In this document: positions 26,924 to 33,737 of the stretch, one piece after another
Layout of the letters: each line of letters opens with the position of its first letter
Numbering within the stretch: the stretch's first letter is position 1
Source: Rectinemataceae bacterium
GTDB lineage: Bacteria > Spirochaetota > Spirochaetia > Treponematales > Rectinemataceae
Direction of reading: 5' to 3'
NCBI GenBank assembly: GCA_035531315.1
Contig: DATKTD010000340.1
Coordinates: 4,731 to 68,730, forward strand
DNA: 64,000 nucleotides
Position numbers and translations under genes: made by a program
Notes under the pieces: model-generated
Databases searched by the model: none
Told to the model about the DNA's origin: nothing
The model's input: only the letters and a program-made list of their open reading frames with translations

Positions 26924-28831
26924 TCAGTCTCGGCCCGCCTCCGATCCGAGCACGATGCGATCGTCTCCGGATCGCCTAACGCGGCCATCGCGCTCCATGC
27001 GGTTGAGGAGTGGCAGTATCCACTTCCTCGAGAGCCCCGTCGCGGCCTTTGCCTCGCCGACGCCAAGACGGCTGCCCGCGGGCCTGTGCCCGACGAGGGC
27101 CTGGACGAAGGCCTGGTAGGCCTCCGGCGAGAGGAAGAGCCGTCCATCGAGGCTGATCGCCCGGCCCGCCCGACAGAGGACGCCGAGGGCGTTCTTCGCC
27201 CCCGCCGCGGCCTCGGGGCCCAGGTCCAGACCCTCGCTTCCCGCAGCCTCCAGTCTCCGGGCGAGTTCGGCGAGCGGCTTCGGCAGGGCCGGCGCGCCAG
27301 CCTCGGCCGCGGGCACTACCTGTTTGTTATTGACAATTATGATCTTTTCCGCCGCGAGCCGGCCGATCAAGGAGACCGCGGCCTCCAGGGGAATGCCGAG
27401 ACGGCCCGCGATGCCCTGTTCGGGAAAGCCGCCGGGCTCGCCAGCCGCGGCGACGACGGTGCGGACCGCCGATTTCCAGGATGTCTCCGAGAAGATCCAC
27501 TCGCCGGCCCTCTCACCCGAACGTGGCGCCACGATGCAGTCCTTGAACCGAAGGCATGCCGCGGCGCCCAGGTCGAAGTCCGCCTTCGCAAGGACCGTAT
27601 CGGGCAGATCCCCCTGGGCGAGGGCCAGGGCCTCCTCGATCTTCCGCCTCTCGCCGGCCTCGTGGCCGCCGATGAGAAAGGCGCTTCCCGAAGCCAGAAG
27701 CTCGGCTCCTCCCTTCTGGAGAAGCATCACGGCCTGGCCGAAGGCCACCGCCACCGACAGTTCCGGCGCCAGACGCAGAAAGCCTCCCGTACGCGACGGC
27801 CAGACCCGCGCGTCGCAATGAATGGTGCCGGTAGCCAACTCGAGGCTGACTCCCGCCCTCGGCCTGAATCCTCGCGATCCGGGATCGAGGGCCAGATATA
27901 GGGAACGCGCGGCGAAGTGACCGCTTCCCGCCGCGGCTAGGCAATTTCCGCGGCCGATCGAGGCTCCCGTTCTGGCGAAGGTGATGGCGACGCGGCTGCC
28001 GGGATCGGCGACGGCCACGGGTTCCCCGTATCGCTGGAGGCCGCGAACGCGCAACTTCTCGCCGGAAGGAAGGAGTTCGAGCTCGTCGCCTGCGCCGAGC
28101 CGCCCTCCCCTAAGGCTGCCGGCTACAACCTGTCCCGTCCCCGACAGAATGAATGAGCGATCCACATGGAGGAAGGGCGCGCCTTCGCTTCGCTTCGGAG
28201 CGAGCCTGGCGGGGGCGAAGGCAGGAACGGCGCCGAAGAAAGGGATGAGGCCGATTGGCGCCTTGCCGGAACGCCGATCCTCCGAGACGGCCTCCAGGTC
28301 GCGAATTCCCACGGCAAGCAGCGCGCGAAGCTCGGCTATGCCCTCGCCGCTCAGGGAATCGACGGCAATCCAGGGCGGGCTCCGACGGGTCTGCCCGGTG
28401 GCCCCCATAGCTCCCGTGGCCCCGATCTCGCCGAGCCGCGCCTCCGCCTCCTTGGCCACGAGCCTTGGCCGTCCTGGAGACACGATGGCGCTCTTGGTGA
28501 TGACGAGGGCGATGATGGGCACGCCGAGGGCGGCGAGCACCGCCGCGTGGCGCCTAGTCTGTTCCATCCAGCCATCGTCGGCGGCGATCACGAGCATGGC
28601 CCCGTCGACGCCCGAGGCACCCGCGACCATGTTGCGTATGTAGCGTTCATGCCCCGGGACGTCGATGACGCCGATCTGTATTCCCCCGCTTTCGAAGTGG
28701 GCGAAACCGAGGTCGGTGGTCATTCCCCGCGCCTTTTCCTCGGGAAGCCTGTCCGTGTCCATTCCCGTAAGGGCGGCGATGAGGGCCGTCTTGCCATGAT
28801 CGACATGGCCGGCCGTTCCGATGACGGGCAC
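26924..28831 (-). CDS. selB: selenocysteine-specific translation elongation factor SelB
   Basis: GTG start 2 nt after the selA stop. GTAGHVDHGKTALIAALTG, DVPGHERYIRNM, and a long C-terminal winged-helix region. 635 aa. Confidence 0.93.
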   Translation of the reverse strand: MPVIGTAGHVDHGKTALIAALTGMDTDRLPEEKARGMTTDLGFAHFESGGIQIGVIDVPGHERYIRNMVAGASGVDGAMLVIAADDGWMEQTRRHAAVLAALGVPIIALVITKSAIVSPGRPRLVAKEAEARLGEIGATGAMGATGQTRRSPPWIAVDSLSGEGIAELRALLAVGIRDLEAVSEDRRSGKAPIGLIPFFGAVPAFAPARLAPKRSEGAPFLHVDRSFILSGTGQVVAGSLRGGRLGAGDELELLPSGEKLRVRGLQRYGEPVAVADPGSRVAITFARTGASIGRGNCLAAAGSGHFAARSLYLALDPGSRGFRPRAGVSLELATGTIHCDARVWPSRTGGFLRLAPELSVAVAFGQAVMLLQKGGAELLASGSAFLIGGHEAGERRKIEEALALAQGDLPDTVLAKADFDLGAAACLRFKDCIVAPRSGERAGEWIFSETSWKSAVRTVVAAAGEPGGFPEQGIAGRLGIPLEAAVSLIGRLAAEKIIIVNNKQVVPAAEAGAPALPKPLAELARRLEAAGSEGLDLGPEAAAGAKNALGVLCRAGRAISLDGRLFLSPEAYQAFVQALVGHRPAGSRLGVGEAKAATGLSRKWILPLLNRMERDGRVRRSGDDRIVLGSEAGRD

Positions 28832-28833
28832 GT

Positions 28834-30288
28834 TCAGGAGCCTGCGGCCGGAATTTTTCCGCCGAGGGGGAATAGGGCGGCGCGAAGACTGTCGGCCACA
28901 AGGGCCGGATCCTCGCGATGGAGGGTGCCGAGATCGATGTGCAGCCTGCCCTCCCGTATCGTCGCGACGAGGGGCGGATCGACCGCGCGAAGGAGGGCGG
29001 CGGCCCGTGTCGGGCCTCCGAGCGCGGCGACCAAGACCTCATCGACGACGAGGGCGCGCGACGGGAAGCTCTCGTCGGGTTCCGTGCCTCCGCCCATCGT
29101 GCCGAGAGAGGGCACGAGACCGAAGGCTCCGCGGGGAAATCTTCGTCGCAGGGACCTGCCGAAGCGCTCCAGGACGGCGGTATCGGGAGGCATCGCCATG
29201 CCGACCTCCCCGTTGAGCCTCATAACCAGACGCCGCTCGAGGAGGGAGAGGATGGTCTTTCCGGGCCGAAGGGCCCTCGCCAAGGGATCGGCGGCCATGG
29301 CCGCGATGAGGTCGCGCCGTCCGGCGGCCAGACCCGCCTGTGGCCCTCCCAGGAGCTTGTCCCCCGAAAAGCAGACAAGGGTGGCTCCATCGCGGGCCAA
29401 ACGCGCAAGAGACGCCTCGCCGCCCCGGCCCTCCTCGCTGCAGCCCGAACCCTGATCCACGATGATGGGGAGTCCCGCGGGCAAGGCCGCCACCAGCTCG
29501 GCCAAGGTCGGCTTGGCGGTAAAACCGCGGATGGCGAAGTTGGAACCCTGCACGACGAGGACGCAGGCCGTGGCCTCGCCGACGGCCTTCCGGTAATCCG
29601 CGATCGTCGTCACGTTAGTCGTTCCCACTTCGACGAAGGATGCCCCCGAGAGGGCCAGAATCTCCGGAATGCGAAAGCCCCCGCCGATCTGCACCTGTTC
29701 GCCCCGAGAAACGATGACCTCCCGGCCCGAGGCCAGGGATCGCAGGGCCAGGAGGAGGGCACCAGCGTTATTGTTGAGGACGATGGCCGATTCCGCGCCC
29801 GCCAGTTCGGCGGCAAGGTCGGCGGCGAGGCCGCCGCGCCTGCCCCTCTCCCCGCTTTCGATATCCATCTCGAGATTGCAGTAGCCCGAGTTGACCCTCC
29901 AGGCGGCCTCCCATTCGTCGCGACCCAGGGGGCTTCGGCCGAGGTTGGTATGCAGCACCACCCCCGTGCCGTTGAGCACGGGGCGAAGGCCTCCCTTCGC
30001 CCGGGAGGCCAGGTCCGTGACGAGGGCGACGACGAAGGCATCGAGGTCCCGGGCCGCGTTCATGGACCGCCCGGAAAGGAGACTCGACGGCCGATCCCGA
30101 TCCGCGTCCGCAAGGTCGCGATGCCCGGAAAGCGAAGCATTGGGAACTTCGTCGCGCATCGCGGCCACCGCTTCGCGGACGAGGCGGGCAACCAGGGGCC
30201 GCGACAGGATGGGGAAGAAGGCGGCGATCTCGGGACGCTCGAGGAGGCGCCCGACCGCCGGTGGCCGCGACGAGGGGAGGTCTTTCAT
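28834..30288 (-). CDS. selA: L-seryl-tRNA(Sec) selenium transferase SelA
   Basis: Track ORF 28834..30360, trimmed to ATG 30288 (MKDLPSSRPPAVGRLLERPEIAAFF). LNGTGVVLHTNLGRSPL. FSGDKLLGGPQAGL (PLP lysine). Confidence 0.92.
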   Translation of the reverse strand: MKDLPSSRPPAVGRLLERPEIAAFFPILSRPLVARLVREAVAAMRDEVPNASLSGHRDLADADRDRPSSLLSGRSMNAARDLDAFVVALVTDLASRAKGGLRPVLNGTGVVLHTNLGRSPLGRDEWEAAWRVNSGYCNLEMDIESGERGRRGGLAADLAAELAGAESAIVLNNNAGALLLALRSLASGREVIVSRGEQVQIGGGFRIPEILALSGASFVEVGTTNVTTIADYRKAVGEATACVLVVQGSNFAIRGFTAKPTLAELVAALPAGLPIIVDQGSGCSEEGRGGEASLARLARDGATLVCFSGDKLLGGPQAGLAAGRRDLIAAMAADPLARALRPGKTILSLLERRLVMRLNGEVGMAMPPDTAVLERFGRSLRRRFPRGAFGLVPSLGTMGGGTEPDESFPSRALVVDEVLVAALGGPTRAAALLRAVDPPLVATIREGRLHIDLGTLHREDPALVADSLRAALFPLGGKIPAAGS

Positions 30289-30289
30289 A

Positions 30290-30378
30290 CGGAAGAGGCA
30301 GGAATCGGACCTGCCGTCGCGCGAGGCGCGACCGACGGTTTTGAAGACCGCGAGAGCCACCAGACCCCATCAACTTCC
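30290..30378 (-). tRNA. selC: tRNA-Sec (anticodon UCA), candidate
   Basis: Minus strand: GGAAGTTG-AT-GGGGTC-TGGT-GGCTCT-CG-CGGT-CTTCAAA-ACCG..-GTCGCGC-CTC-GCGCGAC-GG-CAGG-TCCGATT-CCTG-CCTCTTCC-G. It has a 6-bp D stem with a 4-nt loop, a UCA anticodon, a long variable arm and discriminator G. The acceptor stem has two internal mismatches (T-T, T-C) and the T-loop reads TCCGATT, so software confirmation is needed. Confidence 0.6.
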
Positions 30379-30384
30379 ATCATA

Positions 30385-30413
30385 ATTCTAAGAGTCGCCA
30401 TGAGCGGGGTCAA
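30385..30413 (-). promoter_or_regulatory. sigma-70-type promoter of selC
   Basis: Minus strand: TTGACC (30413-30408), a 17-nt spacer, TAGAAT (30390-30385), then 6 nt before the first G of the tRNA (30378). Confidence 0.65.
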
Positions 30414-30450
30414 GTGAAGGGCGGCCGAAGAGGGATGCCCGTGGAGACGC

Positions 30451-30476
30451 CCGGCGCGGGGGATTCCCCGCGCCGG
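30451..30476 (-). other. 11-bp GC hairpin without a U-tract between the rhodanese gene and selC
   Basis: CCGGCGCGGGG-GATT-CCCCGCGCCGG. It lies 17 nt downstream of the rhodanese stop on the minus strand. Confidence 0.5.
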
Positions 30477-30492
30477 CGAAATCCTCAATCGC

Positions 30493-31374
30493 TCAACGCC
30501 AGGTCAGGATGGCGAATTTGACGTTCGGATCGGCGGCCATCACCTGGGAAGAGCCGTCGAAGCTGCGGACGTCCTTCCAGCCGAGGCTCTCGGAGAGGAT
30601 CCACCACCAGGTCGTGGCGAGGACGCCCGAATCGCAATACACGATCGTCTCGACTCCCGGGGCGAGGCCCATTTTATTGACAATTCCCCCGAGTTCAGCC
30701 ACGGGTTTCACGAGGCCATCGGCCGTCGTGATCCAGCCGCTGGGCAGGGGGATGGCGCCGGGAAGATGGCCGGCCTGGGCCACGAAGGCCTGTTTGGTCA
30801 AGCCGAAATAGGTATCGTAGTTTCGGGCGTCCACGATCTGCGCGCCCTTGGCCCCGAGGATGGCGGCCTTGTCGGCGAAGTAGGCGGGGACCCACTTCAC
30901 GACGAAGCTGCCTTTCATCGCCTTGACCGGCTCTGTCTGCACCGCCTTCCCGGCCTTGATCCAGGCGGCGTAGCCCCCGTCGAGGATGGCCACGTTGTCG
31001 AGACCGGCATACTTGAGGGTCCAGCCGACGCGGGTGGCCCAGGCGAGACGGCTTCCGTCGCTCTCGACCACGACGACGAGAGAATCGGCCCCGACTCCCG
31101 CGGCCTGAAGGACGTCGGTGAGGTCGTCGGCGGGCGGAACCTCGTTGTTGATGCTGCCGTTCTTGACGTAGACGCTCGCGCCGATGACGTTGACCGAAGC
31201 GGGGATGTGACCCGCCTTGTAGTCCTCGACCTTGCGCATATCCATGATTACGAGCCGGGGATTGGACGCGGAGGCCTCGAGCCAGGCCGGATCCACGAAG
31301 GCCGCGATGTCCCGCGCCGAGGCCAACGGCGCGAGGACCGCCAGCCCGATCAACACTGCCAGTAGTTTCTTCAT
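30493..31374 (-). CDS. periplasmic two-domain rhodanese (thiosulfate sulfurtransferase-like)
   Basis: RBS GGAGGAGG. Signal peptide MKKLLAVLIGLAVLAPLASA. The N-terminal domain is inactive and the C-terminal domain has the catalytic loop VYCDSGVLAT. Confidence 0.85.
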   Translation of the reverse strand: MKKLLAVLIGLAVLAPLASARDIAAFVDPAWLEASASNPRLVIMDMRKVEDYKAGHIPASVNVIGASVYVKNGSINNEVPPADDLTDVLQAAGVGADSLVVVVESDGSRLAWATRVGWTLKYAGLDNVAILDGGYAAWIKAGKAVQTEPVKAMKGSFVVKWVPAYFADKAAILGAKGAQIVDARNYDTYFGLTKQAFVAQAGHLPGAIPLPSGWITTADGLVKPVAELGGIVNKMGLAPGVETIVYCDSGVLATTWWWILSESLGWKDVRSFDGSSQVMAADPNVKFAILTWR

Positions 31375-31386
31375 GTCACCCTCCTC

Positions 31387-32607
31387 CTATTTTTCGAAAG
31401 TGAAAATGAGCTTGTCGTTGGCCGCGGAGCCGCCCGCCGGCAGACTCCCGGCGTCCAGGAAATGCTCCCGCCTGTCGTGGCAGGTCGAGCAGTCGCGGGT
31501 CCTGTCCGTCCGCTTCTTCGTGTTATGCGGCACGGTGTCCCAGAAATTCGGAAGGGCGTCGAAGGAACTCGAGGCTATGCCCGCCTTCGCGAAAGTATCG
31601 CGGACCGCCGGCACCAGCCTCAGGGTGCTGAGCTGGCCGGGCTTCCTCGGATTGTTACCGAGCACGAACTGCGGGCTTGCGCTCGCCCCCTCGCCGAGAT
31701 GGCAGGAGGAGCAGCCCCTGTATTCGCTCGACGAATGGCAGGCCGAACAGGAAACCTTGTCGCCGTGGATCGCGTGGGCCTGACTGCCCTTGTCGGTCGT
31801 CTCGGAGCCGGGAGCGTGGCAGGCGGAGCAGCTCGGCTTCTCGGCGACCGACCTCCTGTCGGGATAGGCGACACCCCTGCCGTGGAGCTCGAGCGGGCGA
31901 TGGCAATCCACGCAGCCCATGCCGTTCTGGTAGTGGATGTCGGCGTTGCCGCCGTAATCGCCGGTGAATTCCGGATAGACCCTCCCGCCGTGACAGAGGG
32001 CGCAGGTCTTGCCCTCGTCCTTGCGGATGAACTTGTGTCCGGCGATGAGCCCGAGATCGACGCCGGAAACCGTGGGGCTCTTGACGTGGCAGTCGCCGCA
32101 GGTCGCGTGACAGGAGCGGCAGGATTGCTCGAAAACCTTCTTGTCAAAGATCGCCGACTCGGCCGCGGAAAAACGCGGACGAACGCCGTTTTTCATGCCG
32201 GAGTCCGTGAAATGAAGGGACAGGGAATAGTCGCGCGCGATGTCACCGTGGCAGGGAGCGCAGGTCGAGGGATTGTCCGAGGGCCTCTTGATGAGACCGA
32301 CATGGGCCTTCGCCTTTTCGCCGGCGCCTTCGTCACCTCCATGACAGGAGACGCAGCCTTGGCTGAGATGGGGATCGCTCTTGATCAGGGAGGCGTCGAC
32401 GACGAGTCCCTTGTATAGTTCTTCCGCCCGAACCGGGGGAGGAGCGCCAGCTCAGCCCTCGGCCTCGGACTCGACGATCGGAGGAGGCAGATAGAGGGCC
32501 TTCATCTTCGCGTCGTCCGAATGACAGGCGACGCAGGTAGACCCCCCGGCATAGGCGCCAATTCCCGCCAGGGCAAGTCCGGCCACCAGAAATATGGATC
32601 GTTTCAT
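31387..32607 (-). CDS. undecahaem c-type cytochrome with one in-frame UGA (candidate selenocysteine at residue 52)
   Basis: ATG 32607 has AGGAGG 8 nt upstream. Signal peptide MKRSIFLVAGLALAGIGAYA. The only in-frame stop is TGA at 32454-32452, and the frame continues into track ORF 31387..32196. There are 11 CxxCH motifs: CVACH, CVSCH, CAPCH, CRSCH, CGDCH, CALCH, CVDCH, CSACH x2, CSSCH, CSTCH. The C-terminal 269 aa is certainly a multihaem cytochrome; the read-through is inference. Confidence 0.72.
32422..32443 (-). promoter_or_regulatory. candidate SECIS-like hairpin downstream of the in-frame UGA
   Basis: mRNA: UGA GCU GGC GCU CCU CCC CCG GUU CGG GCG GAA. A CCC/GGG (or CCCG/CGGG) apical stem closes a GGUUC (or GUU) loop and is extended by CC/GG and U/A pairs across a bulged C. 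The loop starts ~17 nt after the UGA. The structure is weak and hand-folded. Confidence 0.35.
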
Positions 32608-32637
32608 CCACTACCTCCTGTGAGTGTCGTTGCCACA

Positions 32638-32665
32638 ACTATAGTAAAGAAAATATTAAATGCAA
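32638..32665 (-). promoter_or_regulatory. putative sigma-70-type promoter of the cytochrome-rhodanese operon inside an AT-rich island
   Basis: Minus strand: TTGCAT (32665-32660), a 16-nt spacer, TATAGT (32643-32638), leaving a ~25-nt leader with AGGAGG. Confidence 0.35.
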
Positions 32666-32762
32666 ATATATAAATATATTTTCATCTATATAAGTCCAAG
32701 ACCTTGTTGAACTCCCCAGACTTGGTCCCGAAAGTGGGGATCGGGGCAACAATTCACGATCC

Positions 32763-33635
32763 ATGCCAAGGATGCGATTGTGCGGTATATTCACGACCAT
32801 GCGTCACTACACAGCGCCGACCATTGCGGCGCGCCTCGGCATTTTTTTCCTTTTTCTGGCGATGGGCTTCGCCGCCTCGGCCCAGGCGGCAAGCGCGGCC
32901 CCCGGCCGGCTTCCTAGCGTCGCGGCCCTTCTTGGCGAAACCACGGCGGCCGAACTCGCCTCGGGGGGCAAAGCCACGCGGACGGACACCCATGGCTTCC
33001 TCGGCCTCCTCCCCAAGGATGCCGCGGCCGAATCGCTCCGGGCCCTCATCGCCGCCGACAAGCCGGCCATCCTCGTCGAATCCGTCTTCACCCTGCCCAG
33101 GGTCGCGCCGGAGGGCGCGGCAGGCATTGCCGCGGAAATGGCGCGCATCTACGGCCTGATGCGGTCCTTCTCGTCGCTCGAAGGCATCGAATACTACTCC
33201 GCCTCGCGGAAAAAGATGCGGACCTTCTATGCCGAGTCCTGGCCCATCGCGGATGCCGAGACCAAGACCCGTCTTCCCGATCTTCCGGCCCCCGAGGCAG
33301 GAGCCATCCCCGCCACGGAGCGCATCACCGTCTGGCAGAAGGATCTGACCTTCGGCGGCAACGTATACAGCTACGATTTCGCCTCGTCCGCCGGGACCCT
33401 CCGGGTCATGTCGACCAACCTGACGCGGATGAGCTATGGCCCCATCCCGCTGATCGCCCCCCTCGGTCTCAAGTCCCGCCTCCTCGTCATCCAGGCCGAG
33501 GACGCAATCGTGTTCTACGTCGAGAGCGACGCGAAGGCGCCCGGCCTCTTCTCGGGCCGGATAGGCGAATCCTTTTCCAACAGGGCCGCGGCCCTCTTCG
33601 CCTGGTTTTCGGACAGACTCCCGAAGTACCGCTAG
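32763..33635 (+). CDS. hypothetical secreted protein
   Basis: Signal peptide MRHYTAPTIAARLGIFFLFLAMGFAASAQA (alternative start ATG 32799). I recognised no motif. Composition is protein-like (SLEGIEYYSASRKKMRTFYAESWPI). Confidence 0.6.
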   Translation: MPRMRLCGIFTTMRHYTAPTIAARLGIFFLFLAMGFAASAQAASAAPGRLPSVAALLGETTAAELASGGKATRTDTHGFLGLLPKDAAAESLRALIAADKPAILVESVFTLPRVAPEGAAGIAAEMARIYGLMRSFSSLEGIEYYSASRKKMRTFYAESWPIADAETKTRLPDLPAPEAGAIPATERITVWQKDLTFGGNVYSYDFASSAGTLRVMSTNLTRMSYGPIPLIAPLGLKSRLLVIQAEDAIVFYVESDAKAPGLFSGRIGESFSNRAAALFAWFSDRLPKYR

Positions 33636-33737
33636 GACGGAATGGGCCGCGGTCTCCTGGGCCTCGGGAAACCGCGGAGAGCCGGCCGGTCGTGCTGCGC
33701 GCCTGGACGGCCGCGGGGGCCGGCCCGGGCCGAGCCC

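Noticed and set aside
30290-30378. Reading the selC locus on the plus strand as tRNA-Ser (anticodon UGA)
   Set aside because: The anticodon loop is compatible on both strands. Only the minus strand gives a T-loop-like TCCGATT, a GG-containing 4-nt D-loop with a 6-bp D stem, and the Sec-type long variable arm. It is also co-oriented with selA and selB.
32452-32454. Alternative explanation of the in-frame TGA as a reassigned sense codon (genetic code 4 or 25)
   Set aside because: TGA terminates many well-supported genes in this window (beta-CASP hydrolase, PAS kinase, selA, carA, serC and others), so the genome uses TGA as a stop.
32622-32636. TGGCAAC on the minus strand upstream of the cytochrome gene, as a possible sigma-54 -24 element
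   Set aside because: No GC dinucleotide occurs at the required 10-nt spacing; the sequence reads TGGCAACGACACTCA. It does not fit TGGCAC-N5-TTGC.
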